DNA from: the human T2T-CHM13v2.0 reference genome, Homo sapiens
Reading direction: 5' to 3' (one strand)
Assembly (NCBI RefSeq): GCF_009914755.1
Contig: NC_060926.1
DNA: 64,000 bases
Shown: piece after piece, positions 1-13,555 of the stretch
Layout: each line of letters opens with the position of its first letter
How positions within the stretch are numbered: position 1 is the stretch's first letter
Position numbers and translations under genes: made by a program
Notes under the pieces: model-generated
Told to the model about the DNA's origin: nothing
The model's input: the letters and a program-made list of their open reading frames with translations, nothing else
Database searches by the model: none

Positions 1-39
1 TCTTGAAACATGTATGCCCATGATTGATGGACTAGACAC

Positions 40-86
40 TTTACTCAGGAGATTGGATGGATGTTTACTCAGGAGATTGGATGGAT
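40..86. repeat. Short tandem duplication, 24 bp period
   Basis: tttactcaggagattggatggat occurs at 40-62 and 64-86, followed by a degenerate partial copy. Confidence 0.85.
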
Positions 87-1874
87 AGGAGTTTGGATGG
101 TCATTGTGTCTTAACATCATCAAGAGTAAATACAAGCAGATGGAAGCCATGTGTTCTAGAGCTTTCATGTCATATATCAGTATGAATATATTTTCCCAAA
201 TAATCCTTTGAGGTCAAGATCATTTTGGTCTGATCATGAATTATTCCTTTTTCTTTCACATGTATTACTTCTATAAATCAACTAGAGTATTTATTTTAGT
301 GAGGTGTGTTTGTTGTTACTTAAACTGAAAAAGATTGCCTGAAAAATCCTAGCATTACACAAGAGGTATAAATCCTGCTTTTAGTAGTACTACAGAATGT
401 GTTACTTACCCTTGATAAGTAAATGATACTTAAATAGCACAAAATAAGCAATTATGAAATTGCCAAGTGCTGATTATTGAAAGTGATTGAAATTTAATTA
501 GATCTCATATATTTTGCATTTCATAGTAAAAACTGATGTCTTTTTTCCAGATGATTTTAAATTGTCCCACTAACTGCATATTTTAAGTTGTATAGAACTT
601 TATTATAATACTTTTTTTTCATTTCTGATTTAAATTGTAACCTGGGATAATTAACAAACTGCCCATTTTAAGGTATTTTGAAGGAGCTTGTTAAATCATA
701 CTATACATTGATCATTTAAATTGCTAAAGAAAGTAAAACTAAGAGTGTGCATTTTTAATTGTATTGTGAATAATTCATCTACCATCTGTGAATATAAAGG
801 ATAATGTCACAAATAACACAACTTGAGTTATGCTAAAACTTACCTGAGGGTTGCTGTTCTTGTTCTTGTTACTTGGATTAATGGCTGTTGTCAGCTCTAA
901 TATCATAAACACTCTCTATTCTCCACAATTATGCATATGAACCAAGGGTCAACACTCATACTCCTTTGGACACACTTTTCGACAGGCAGAAGAGGGATAA
1001 CTGGCCTGACAGAATCTAGTAAATAATAATAGACGTAAAACAGAAAGAACCTTTTCTGCATTTGCAGAGTGGGGTTAAGGATCACTACAAGCACTAGATT
1101 TATGTTCAAAATCACAACTTTAAGTAAAAGCTCAGAGAATGAGTAATGGCAAATGCAAGTGAAAAATATCCAATAGGTACAATCATGCAAAGATACCCTT
1201 AATTAACAAGATGGTAGCATCAAAATTTATATTCCTTTTTCTTAAATAATTCAAACATGATGACAAAAATATGATGAAACTTTTCTAAAAAGGCAAAGAA
1301 AATTACCCATAAATCTACCCTCCAAACAACTGTTATTTCATATTTTCCTATTATATATTTCCTTTTCAATTTTTCACACCAATCATAAACAATATTTTGC
1401 TATATATTCTAAGCTTTTATTAAACAAGACTTAAATATAAAGACTGTGATCTTCATCATAACCACTTGTATGCTTTTACAGTCTTTATATTTAATTTTCA
1501 AGGCCAGAAGATGTTTTTAATCAGGATGTCTCTGTACTTATTTAGACAGCACATAATTGTTATTTTTATTGATATAGATTTAGTTCTATACATTTGATAA
1601 TTTTTAAATAATATCTGCGTGTCCTGATTTTAATATATAATAAATGCACATATCATTAGCAAAGCATATCCAAATATCATATGATTATTAAATGCTGTTG
1701 CTCATAGTATATGCAATCATGTTAACATTGAGGTTGTATTAGATTTTTAAAGTAAGTTAACCTTCTCTGTTTGTAAATTGAGAGGTCTTTTTTAATGAGC
1801 CAGGGATTCTTGGCTTATTATACACAAAGGTGATGCTTAAAAAAAAGAAAATAAAGTTTTATTACAGAAGAAAG

Positions 1875-2030
1875 CCCAGATTCAAATATTTAGCTGTCTA
1901 CTCACTAACTTGGTGACCTTAGAAAATAGTGTAGGTTGTTACCTTATTTCTACCTCTGAGTTATGGGGATCAAGTAGAAAGGACTATGTGAAAGGCTTTG
2001 TAAATTAATGAGAACTAAATAAAAGTTAAA
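1875..2030 (+). mobile_element. MIR SINE remnant
   Basis: Degenerate MIR core: ttcaaat...ctcactaacttggtgacctt...ttatggggatcaag...tatgtgaaaggctttgtaaa. Confidence 0.45.
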
Positions 2031-2822
2031 TATTCATAATGGAAATGTAAACATTTTGTTTAAAATAAATATAGAAGCATTAACCATCATTACAATTATT
2101 CTCACTAGGGTCTATCTTAATTTTCACCGTTTTTTGTTACTTTCAAAACTTGTGCCTTAACTTTAGGAAAAAATGTCTTGGTGAAATACCTCTAAAATCC
2201 TTACTACTTTCCCTCCTTTATGGACTCTCATCTCGATTTAGGTCTATAATTTCTTAGTCTAACTCAATTCCTTACTCCTTTCCAAACCAATAACTCTTCC
2301 TCTGTATCTCTGGCATGCATTTTCAGTCATTAGTACAATAATTTATATTTTCAGCTCTTCTCTGAAGATGTTTTATAGTGAAGCTTGTTTTCTGTTTGTT
2401 TTCATTTTTGTTTCTGTAGTCAATACTCCACAGAGCCTGGAGGTGGGGTAGGTATTCTCCTTATTCCTTATTGACCCTTTCATATTTACCGTCCATTTTA
2501 ATATCCTAAACCTCCAGCTCATTTACAGCTCATGCCAACAAGCTTATTCAAGCTGCTGGTCCTCTTCATTGTAGCCTTCTATAGAATTAGGGTTCTTTCA
2601 ACCTCATTTCTTGAAGATTTTACCATTCAGCTCACTTTTTCTTCTCCACCACTATGGTGATCATTTATTTCCTTCAACTAATTTTATCTGAATACTACGT
2701 CTTTGTCATTTTCCCCTCTTGGGAAACAACTGCACAACTTCTGTTTAATCTCACTCTGCCCATGTTTTAGATGAGACAGTAAACAAAAATATTTCAGTTG
2801 TAATATTTTCCCTATTGATACT

Positions 2823-3171
2823 TGTATTAGTCAATTTTCATGCTGCTGATAAAGACATATCTGAGACTGGGCAATTTCCAAAAGAAAGAGGTTTAATGAC
2901 TTACAGTTCCACATGGCTGGGGAGGCCTCACAATCATGGCAACAGGAAAGGAGGAGCAAGTCACATATTACATAGATGGCAGCAAAGAGAGAGATTGGCC
3001 AGGGAAACTCCCCCTTATAATAAGGCTAGATCTCGTGAGACTTATTCGCTACCACAAGAACAGCATGGGAAAGACCTGACCTCATGATTCAATTACCTCC
3101 CACCGGGTTCCTCCCACAACACGTGGGAATTCAAGATGAAATTTGCGTGGAGACACAGAAAAACCATATCA
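2823..3171 (-). mobile_element. THE1 (THE1B-like) MaLR solo LTR
   Basis: tgtattagtc...catgctgctgataaagacata...ggggaggcctcacaatcatgg...aaaccatatca; perfect 5 bp TSD ATACT at 2818-2822 and 3172-3176. Confidence 0.92.
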
Positions 3172-3780
3172 ATACTTCTGAGGCAGAGATGCATTAGCTG
3201 ATGAACAAGAACCTATAAACCCCTGTAATCAATATAAATTTGGTGGCTTGCCCAAGGTTGACACACACAAAAAAACTAAAAATAAATTATATTCAACTAT
3301 AATTCAGTTAAATATGAAAGCTTGTTTTCTTTATTTAATACCAAAAGGAAGTTACTGGAATTTCCTAATTTAATTAAAAATTTTATGTTATAAAGCTTTA
3401 AAAAATTAATGAACTGAACTAATTTGTAAGATTGAGTTAAAACTGTTACTATTGTAACATAAAATAATATGTTGCTGGAGTATTTCCCATGCCAGTGATA
3501 GATATATTTTAAACCAGATAGATATAGTTTAAATCACCTTTTAAGCCAGGCTAATGATCTTTGTTTTTTCTAGTATCACTATAGAATGTTTGACTCATTT
3601 ATACATTGTGAGCAAGAAACATTATGAAAACTGCTTGTGAAAATACAGTTGCAAAATTAGTGGAAACTAGTCATGAATCATTTCTGTGTGATACAAAATA
3701 CACAAAATGAATAGATGGCAGTTGTTAAATCTCAAACTATATTTTATTTAATATACATGAATTCCAATTTCCATTTGATC

Positions 3781-3900
3781 ATACATATATATATACACAC
3801 ACACACACATATATATACACACAGCTATATATATATATACACACACATGCACACATTCACACCCAAACCAATCAAACACACAAAACACATATACATATAT
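3781..3900. repeat. Compound (TA)n/(CA)n microsatellite
   Basis: Alternating TA and CA runs. Confidence 0.85.
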
Positions 3901-4109
3901 GGGAAGACATTGAGAAACAGCTAGAGAAAAAGGGTGATTTTGAAATAAAAGTAGTACACAATTAAAAAATGTAATAGTTTCGTGAATACTTCAGGGGTTA
4001 AGTGTGTTGCTAAAGTGACCAGAGTGTTAGTATCAGAACATGGAACTCATCCTAAGTTTTTGGTCTTATTACTGGAGGTTGATAGATTACATCACTGTTA
4101 TCAATCCTA

Positions 4110-4157
4110 GCATTCCTTTTTGTGTGACTTTACGCATTCCTTTTTGTGTGACTTTAC
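4110..4157. repeat. Perfect 2x24 bp tandem duplication
   Basis: gcattcctttttgtgtgactttac twice. Confidence 0.9.
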
Positions 4158-4580
4158 ACCTTTCTTTTTTATGCATATGAGTCAGTTGATTGGCCCCAAA
4201 GTCAGCTTCAATCTTGCAACAGAGGGTGTGATACTTATGACATTTACAGGTAGCATAATAAAAGTCAGATCCACCATCATATTTGTGCTTAGATTTAATA
4301 AGGCTGCTAACTTGACCTTATGTCTGTAATGGTAAAAATGAATCCTGATGGACTTCAAACAATCAAAATCCCTTGACTATGGACACTCTTAACAGGACTT
4401 CTCTTCTGGAGTTAACTCTGACCTCACTGTCTAATATCTTCCTATAGTCCAGTTGGAGATTTTCCCACTGTTTTCTCAATTGTAGAATGAAATTACTAGA
4501 TATTTTATAAATAGAAGTAAATTCCATAATTATTATATATGTATATATTTCTCAAATCAACATTCTTTCTCTCTCAATTG

Positions 4581-5476
4581 ATACTCACAAACTATGCATC
4601 TGACAAAGGTCTAATAACCAGAATCTACAATGAATTTAAATAAATCAACAATTAAGAAACAAATAATCCCATTTAAAAATGAACAAAGGGCATGAACAGA
4701 CACTTCTCAAAAGACATACAAGCGACTTGTAAACATATGGAAAAATGTTCATTACTAATCATCAGAGAAACGCAAGTCAAAACCATAATGAGATACTATC
4801 TCACATCAGTCAGAATGGCTGCTATTAAAACTCAAAAAATAGCAGATGCTGGCAAAGCTGTGGAGAAAAGGGAACACTTATACACTGCTGGTGGGAATGT
4901 AAACTAGTCCAGCTACTGTGGAAAGAAGTTTGGAGATTTCTCAAAGAACTAAAAACAGAGCTACCATGTGACACAGCAATATTATTACTGGGTATAAACC
5001 CAAAGGAAAATAGATTATTTTACCGTAAAGACACACACTCGATAGTCATTGCCATGCTATTCACAATAACAAATATATGAAATCAACATAGTTACCCAGG
5101 AATGAGGGATTAAATAAAGAAACTGTGGTATATACACATCATGAAATACTACACAGCCAAAAAAAGGATGCAATCATGCCCTATGTAGAAACATGGATGG
5201 GCCTGGAGGCTACAATCCTAAGAAATTAACGCAGGAACAGAAAACCAAATACTGCATGTTCTCATTTAAAAGTGGGAGCTAACACTGAGCACCCATGAAC
5301 ATAAACATGGGAATAATACACACTGCAGACTACTAGAGGGAGGAGGGAGATAGGGGATTATGGGTCAAAAAACTACATATTGCATACTCTGCTGACTGCC
5401 TGAGAGCAATATACCTAAGTAACAAACCTGCACATGTACTCCCTGTATCTAAAGTTTAAAAAAAAGTTTTTAAAAA
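4581..5476 (+). mobile_element. 5'-truncated L1 (L1PB / old L1PA class): ORF2 3' end, 3'UTR and A tail
   Basis: actatgcatctgacaaaggtctaata; ORF 4692-4907 MNRHFSK...[14 protein letters not shown] is ORF2 C-terminal sequence; ends aacaaacctgcacatgtactccctgtatctaaa plus A-rich tail. Confidence 0.9.
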
Positions 5477-6309
5477 CCATGGTAGATGAGATTTTTCGGT
5501 CTTCAAAGACATTATCAAATTTTTCCTAGCTACTCACTCCCACACATGCATATATCCATATACTTATGCATATATTGGTGCCTGTGCATAGATATTAATA
5601 TTATTGATATGTGTATAGATGGATAGGCAGTATTTTACACCTCTATTAGCAACAAAAAGTACCCATTTTGCATTCTCTTATCATCAAGAATATTATATTT
5701 TAAGAAGATCAAAGTATTACAGATCAATTTATAGGCCTAAATTTCTATCACTTTTTAGTTTACTTAGCTGTTCCATTAGTCACTACTAAAGAGCCCACGC
5801 CTCGCCCCACCCCTTACGTTGGCATTTTACATTTTTTTTTAGCAGAAACATTCATATTATTTTCTTAACTGATATTTTTGGAGGGGTGTTAGTTAATATC
5901 TCAGTGATTTAAGAATATTCTTAATATTGTGATGTTTATACTTGAGTTGTCACACATATTTGGCATGATTATTTGTTTTTCCTCTGATAGAGTCAGCTTT
6001 CCTCTATTCTGGGTTACAGTACCCCTATTTTTTCCCATCACCATCCAGCTACATGTAAGTTGTAGCATGTAGCTGAGACTTAACTTCATCGGTATAACCA
6101 TTCTGAGGCCATAATGATAACGCTGTTGATTAGTAAGTGCCATAAAAAGAACCAATCAGGCCCTAACCTTGGGATTTTGTTTAATGTTTTGGAGAAAGTG
6201 CTGCTGTTAACTATCTGTCTTAAAGATGGTGGCCAGGTAAATTGCCCACATCTCTTTATCGTGAAGTCAGTGATGAAAAGAATCCATCACATACAGAAAG
6301 AACAAAAGA

Positions 6310-6310
<1 letters not shown>

Positions 6311-6347
<37 letters not shown>
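6311..6347. repeat. (CA)n microsatellite
   Basis: About 18 CA units with one interruption. Confidence 0.95.
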
Positions 6348-6349
<2 letters not shown>

Positions 6350-6689
6350 GATCATTTTTACTCCATTTATATGCCAAATGAGACTTAGTGATACTATAAA
6401 TAAAATTTTTTAAATCAAGCAACATGGTGCCCTTTTTCACTGGCACTTTTAAACTTTCGTAGTTTAACTATTTGAATGTTTGAATATCAATTTGATTTGC
6501 AAAAGAGCTTTATAAACCCATAGATATTTGGGTATTAGTAAGGTAATTTAGGGAATATATTTAGCATGTAGCAATGGCCAACAAATATTAACTTTACTTT
6601 ATTACCACCACTATGAAAAAATATTATTTATTTAATAGGAGTATAAGATGAAGGTATAGTTATCAATTTATTAAATTTTTTATACATTG

Positions 6690-6907
6690 TTTTTTATTTT
6701 GAGACAGAGTCTTGCTCTGTCACCAAGGCTGGAGTTCAGTGGCATAATCATAGCTCACTGCAGCCTTGATCTTCTTGGCTTAAGTGATCCTCTCACCTCT
6801 GCCTCTTGAATAATGGGGACCACAAGCACATACCACTATATCTGATTTATCACCTCAGACTCCCAAAGTATTGAAACTAAAGGCATGAGCCACCACTGCA
6901 CCCAGGC
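6690..6907 (-). mobile_element. AluJ-type element with internal deletion
   Basis: T-tail, gagacagagtcttgctctgtcacc...tagctcactgcagccttga (J-type); jumps from the end of the right arm to cacctcagactcccaaagt, missing the linker and part of the left arm. Confidence 0.85.
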
Positions 6908-7289
6908 TACATTTATTGAATATTCTGTTATTACCAAATTTGGAAAGCCACCTTAATTATATTCCCAATATCTATTTTCAAACACTTTCTTGACATTCTT
7001 CTATGTTCAACTAATTTATTTTGGGAAAGTGTCATTATTTTTTAATTTTTGTAATCTTAATGTAAATCTATCTATGGAAATCACTGGCTTTCTTGGTTAA
7101 ACAAAGTTTCAAAAAATGTCTTCACTTTTGAATCATGCATATATTTACAGTATTAAATTCTACCTTCATTTTCTTATCTGATTTATTTGTATTTATTTGC
7201 ATGCATTTGTAATTTCTAATAATTGTAAATATTTAGATTTGGAATTTTGGATTCAGACTTACCTTAAAATATGTTCTCACCCTTTTTGA

Positions 7290-8450
7290 AGCTTTGTCTA
7301 GCTATTCCACTCTATGGTCATATCATGATTTGTTTAACTATTCTCTATTGCTGAATATATCACTTGTTCAGAGCAATTTTCAATGACAAATAAGCCTAAT
7401 AAATAATGCTAAGAAATTGCTTAAATATATAATAAGTTTATGGAAATAGAATTGCTAGGTCAATGTCTTTACATATCTAAAATTTCGGTAGGTATAACAA
7501 CAGATTTTATTGCCACAAATAACATTTTGTATGCTGGTTTCCCTACATCCTTGCCAAGAAAGTGTGGTCAAACTTAAATTCTGGCAATTTTTAATGAAAG
7601 CAGTATCCCTGTAATTTTACTTTGTGTTTCTTTTAATATATATGGTTGATTATGTTTCCCTATGTTTAAAGATCGTTTTAAATTATTTATCTGTATCATG
7701 TGACTTGATGCATTTTTCTACAAGTTTGATATTCTTTTCTTATAGATCTTTCATTATCAAAGGTTTTTATATATTATGGAGATTTAAATGCTATGGAGCT
7801 TATCTCTGATACAAACTGTAAGTACTATTCTTAGTTTTCTTTTATGTATAATTTATTCTTTAGTTTTAAAGTATGCATGTGTGTTTGCACGTTATTTTTA
7901 TAATATATAATTTTGAGTCATTTTTGTAAATGGTTTATTTAATTTATGGTATATTGTATTTGAAAGTATTATTCAAAGTTTTTTTGTAACTTGTATTTTT
8001 TTAATGGTTTTAGTTAAAATTCTTGATTCATTTTGAACTTATGGTAGTATATGATGTGAGTAAAATTCTAAATGTGGTTGTCCAGATGGCTATAAGCTTA
8101 TTTCAACACTATTTATTGTTTCTTTTTGTTTTGTTGATCTTTTTAAATACAGAATTGGGATGTCATGTTGTCATGCATTAATTATTTTTTTTAAATTTTA
8201 TTTGATATTTACATTAATCTTTCTACTTAGGCACCAATTTTGTTGATGTTTAATATGTTTTAATAGCTGAAAAGACAAGTTATTTCACATTGATCTTCTA
8301 TTTTACTTCTATATTACTGATCTTACATATTCCTTATTCACCTGAATTGTCACGGGCTTCTCCATCTCCACCACTGCCATAAAAATAATTGCTATATTTA
8401 TTGGATATCCCTAAATATGTAATACTAACTTAATTGCCTATTTTGCTCGA
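7290..8450 (-). mobile_element. Highly diverged L1M (L1ME-like) fragment(s)
   Basis: Antisense L1 3' motifs: ctattccactctatggtcatatcatgatttgtttaac, aatagaattgctaggtcaa, ccctacatccttgccaa; boundaries approximate. Confidence 0.55.
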
Positions 8451-9588
8451 ATTAATTGAGTGCCCTTTGTATATAAATCAATGTCATAATGGCTTATATT
8501 TCCCATTATTCTTATGAATAAAATTTTATGCTAATTTTTTTCTGGATATTGGTGATAATTGTGAATACTAATTGTTTCTAGTAGAAGTAGTTTTAATTTA
8601 TTGCTATTGTTTTATTTTTTTAAAATTATATGCTATGCATCAGATTTTAGCATGATCATTATGTATTTGAAATAATTCAACTTATAATGTTCTAGGATTA
8701 CTGCCTTTTGTATTGTAATTTTTGACAAAAATCCAATGTATTTTAAGTTTATTGGTATAGTTACATTTTTCTGGCTTTAAGATAATATTTTATGTTTTTG
8801 TAGAAATCATTCATATTATCTTTTTTCAAAGTTATTTTCATAATGCTAAGTTGCATTTTGCTATAATTTTTCTTTCTTCTTTTGTTTAATATTCCCAGTG
8901 ATGGTACATGTACAGTGGAATTGGCTCAATTCTTACACTTTTAGAGGAACTATAAATTTATTCAGTTTTTTTTTTCTAAACAGTTCATCTGAAATCATAA
9001 ATATATTCATATTATTTGAAAAAGTTATACCATTTCTGGGAAGTGATCCCAAAGCAATAAACAATTGTAAGCAAAAAGCCTTCAAAATGGAGATATTCAT
9101 TTTCCCAGTATGTATTATAGAGAAAAGTCAGAAATAATATAAAAATTTCACTGACCATCATAACATTTGGAGCATGTTTATATATCAACTAAATGGTATG
9201 GTCTTCACATTAGGGACTGAGGACTAATCAGGGAGATAATTCATTATAGAAGAAAAACTAGATAAAATGTTCCAGCCCCATGAAGGACCCTAATCATTAG
9301 ATGAGAGATGAAACTCTGAGAATAACAAAGTGATCATTTTTTGAACATGTCTCTCAGCTGAGGCCCCTTTGGATACACACCTAAGTCACAACACTAAAAG
9401 ATTTTCACTAAAATCCCTTTCAGACTTTGTAACATAGGTAGCTTTGTTTAAGTACATTTCAAATAAAATATTCTCACAAAGGGAGTTGTCCTTCATTTTG
9501 GAAAACTCCACTAAGCAATGTAGTCATCTTTGGGCCTTCAGTGTCTGTAGGAACTGGGTAGAGGTCAGTAGAAAGGCTGTAACCAGGA

Positions 9589-9651
9589 CATTCATAGAAG
9601 GTAACAACAGGACCTGAGCATTCATAGAAGGTATCAACAGGACCCGAGCAT
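9589..9651. repeat. 2x30 bp tandem duplication
   Basis: cattcatagaaggtaacaacaggacctgag / cattcatagaaggtatcaacaggacccgag (2 mismatches). Confidence 0.9.
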
Positions 9652-9759
9652 CTAAGCTCTACTCTTCACACCCCTTTACTTTTCTTTAAAGAGAGTCATG
9701 GAACTGAATTAAAACACAGTGCCAAACAATTGTGCAATATAAGCTAATGCTATCATAGA

Positions 9760-9850
9760 CATTGTAACTCAAGTATTAGAGTTTAACTAACTTGCCCAGG
9801 TTACAGAACTAGTAAAAACTAAAATAGTATTTGAATCTATGTTCAACAGA
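9760..9850 (-). mobile_element. MIR fragment
   Basis: ttaactaacttgcccaggttacagaactagtaa...atttgaatct resembles the antisense MIR core. Confidence 0.5.
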
Positions 9851-11461
9851 GGTTGCAAATCCATGTTTACTACATTTCCATAGATTATACTCAGTACAGG
9901 CCAAAGTACAGTTATATCACTGCAGAGAAGGTAGCAGATAGTTATTTACACATTGCTCTGAAATTTCTCCAAAGAAGCCAGACAAATTCCTGTGCTCATA
10001 AAAACCCAATGGCATTATCTCACTCACACTAAGGAGCCTGACTGATGCTAGTCATTTCTATTGTGGTACGTTTGTGAAAGTTTTCTCAAATAATTTAAGG
10101 GTATGACAAAAGTAGAGCTTAATTATTTCCCCAATGTATTATCTTCTAAAGGCAATACCATCTCCCATTCAATGAGTTCACAGTTTATAACTGTTTTTGT
10201 AACCCCTATGCGTTTTTCATAATTTTTATTTCATTTCTTATATCCAAACTCAGCTGTGACTTTTGTATTTTCTCCAGAGCTGATTTTGGAGAAAACAAAT
10301 AGCAGCCATTCTAATTTGTCAAGAACCTTTAATATCTTTTGCAGTTTTCCCTAATTTTTAAAAGCCCCCACTGAACTTGATTCCTTCAAATGATTGTTTG
10401 GGAGTTCAGTCCTTTAATCCTCAAATCACCAAGAACACATTTAAGAATTGTTTAATTATATAAATTAGAATGCATTAATATTATTTGTATTATTTCCATG
10501 TTTCTCAGTAGACAATCTGTAGGATTGCTTTTGCATTTCCTTGTTTTCAGAGGCTTTGAAAATTGTAATTTTCAATTCAATATTTCAATTGAAATATTCA
10601 GTTCAACAATTCAACTGTAATATCGTAATCAATATATATTTTAGAAACTATTATAACCTGATTATTTAAAAGATAAAATACCCATTTCTTAAAATTGAGA
10701 TGGTAAAGTATTATTGAGAGGAATTCAATGCATAAATAGTTCCTATCCTTCATTATGAAATGCAGATATTTATGTAGGAAGCCTGGGCTAGAAGTCTGTA
10801 GAAAAGAAAGCAAATGTGAAAAAGTGCTTTAATGCCTGTCCCAGAGCATGTATCCTCATTAGTATGCAAATAATATATTCTGCTGATGAAATGCTCAGAG
10901 TACCAGATAATGCATAGCTACCTAGTTAAAACCTTTCATTAAACAGTGCTGAATTAGAGGTGACATGCCTCCAGCACGTCTTACATTTTCTTCACATATT
11001 TAAATAATATGTTTTATTCCAACAGTGCTATAAATGGTCATGATAATAATACTATACTTTTAAATGCAGGTAAAGGTTATAGCCAACTGAAAGATAAGAT
11101 AGTATGATGTAGAAGATAATCCTAAATATTCAACATGGTTAGTAAATTCAGTTTTCCAATTAATTACATACTTTGACAATGAATAACTATTCATTTAACA
11201 CCTACTCTAAAAGTATACAGAATAACTGATAAAAATAAAGCATAAGGCAGGGTGCTGACTAAATACTTAAGGGTTTAAGATCCATTTGAGTATACAATAC
11301 TTTCTTTTCTGAAAACAATAAATGAAATGTACAATGTGTGTTATCATTTGAATAATAAATAGTAAGTGTAAAGAGTGTAATTATTTAGATACTATATAAA
11401 GATAAAAGGTTTTGAATCAAAACACAATGTGAATGTCGTTTAATAAAAACAGTGGTACATT

Positions 11462-11820
<359 letters not shown>

Positions 11821-12799
11821 TCAGCTTCCTTGTAAGTGTTTAACGAGCAGAGTGGTTGGCTGTCACTATTAACAGCCAATAGTGACTATGAGTAGTCTTC
11901 TATGTCTTCTGCCTCAACCCATTCAAAGGGCTTCAAAGTTTCATATGATCTAAATATTTTCCATTACATATTACCAGACAGGAGAAGTGATACTGTCAGC
12001 CATGTAACTTATTTGCTAAAATAACTAGACACATCATAATTTCTACTCCTAAAAAAGAAAGACATCAATCAAGTTACATGTACAACATGAACCAGAATAA
12101 CTAGAATAGAAAAATCTAGAAGTTAACATAATTATTATAATAATATCTCCCATAAGGTAATATAAGACATTAGTAATATGAAGCAAGAAGAGGAAGTCAT
12201 AAAAAGAAACATATGGAAGAAGGAAGAATGAAGATTAAAAATAATAGCAAAAATAAAGGAATAAATAGCAGAAAAGGTTAAATAAAGAACAAATTAGAGA
12301 GAAAGAAGTTCAGACTAGACGGAAAAAAATCTGTGAAACCAAGGAGGAAGGACAATGGCATAGAAAATATGAAAGGATAGGGAAGATAAGATATATGGAG
12401 TGTAGAAATAGAGGTTCTAACATCAGCAAATAGGCAGCATCCTCATACAGGCTGTGTACACTGTGTGTTGCATGGCCTGCACTGGGACCATTTATATCCA
12501 TGCTCATCAGGTGTTTATAAATGTATTACAACTGTTTCCTTGCAGATAACAGTATATCATCTTAAAAACTCCCCTATGCAGAAAGTGTTTCTAATTTTTA
12601 GAAAAGCTTCATTTGCTTTTTGTGTCTTCCCAGATAGAGTAGGTCCCCTAAAGTTTATAGCTTTCGTACCTTACAACTAACTTTCTAAACAAAATACAAA
12701 AAGCAACTACTTGAGGGCTGTGACAAATAACTTGTATCAAACAGATAAGGCAAAGAAATCAAAACTTGAAAAAGTATTAATAACCCTTTAATTATTTAT

Positions 12800-13555
12800 T
12801 TTGTTTTGGTGTTTCCCCTTATATCTCCATGCTTTGGCCTGAAGCTGGCCCAATTTGCAGAACTGCATAGTACATAAGTAACAACAGCAAAAACCCAAAA
12901 GATGGCATCTCTTTCTGGCAAGAGGACAAAAAAGTGGGCTTCTGTGAAGTGGAGAGTAGGGTTGGTGGGAAGGAGTAAAGCCTTATTTTGTTTTGTTTTA
13001 CTTTTTTTCTTTGATTCTTCCTCTCCTCTTCTGGACTTCATCCAAAGGAAGCCCCCATCCAAAGGAAGTAATGGAGCTGTGATATAGCTGAAGCAGCATC
13101 ACATTATGCAAAAGTCTAAGAAATTCCTATTCCACTGCTCAGAGGAACCAGAAAGTTGCCCACAGCGGTTCAAAGAATGTGGTAAGAATTGTTTTTAATT
13201 TTTTCCTTGTCCCTCTTCTCCCTCCCCTTTGCCTAGAGGGTGGTCCAAACTGTGCTGAACTATGTATGCAACAAACCAAGGGACTCAAAATCTGAGGCAA
13301 ACACATCATTCTTATCAGATAAATAAGAAAAAATATTCTTGGGAGTTAGAGAGTGGAGAAAATCCTCCAGGAGAGGACTGAAGAAAGGAGATCATTAATT
13401 CTAAGTAAACCAAAAAATATCCTCTATCTGTATATGTGCAAACAGGTGCCAAGATGTATAGCAAAGATTTTAAGAACTAAACTACAATATAAACTGCTAT
13501 TCAAGTTTAAACTACTGAGTGGTGCAAGGATATGGCAAATCTAATGCATAGCAAA
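12800..13555 (+). mobile_element. Probable 5' region of an ancient L1M (L1MC/MD-like)
   Basis: Recurrent motif tctggc-agagga-c-aga-aag...gagagt(a/g)g typical of old L1M 5' repeats (recalled, not aligned). Confidence 0.4.

Noticed and set aside
903-1190. 95 aa minus-strand ORF near a consensus donor at 844
   Set aside because: No recognisable protein, it stops before the donor, and no strong acceptor pairs with it.
12180-12420. Purine-rich stretch
   Set aside because: Low-complexity A/G sequence without periodicity or mirror symmetry.
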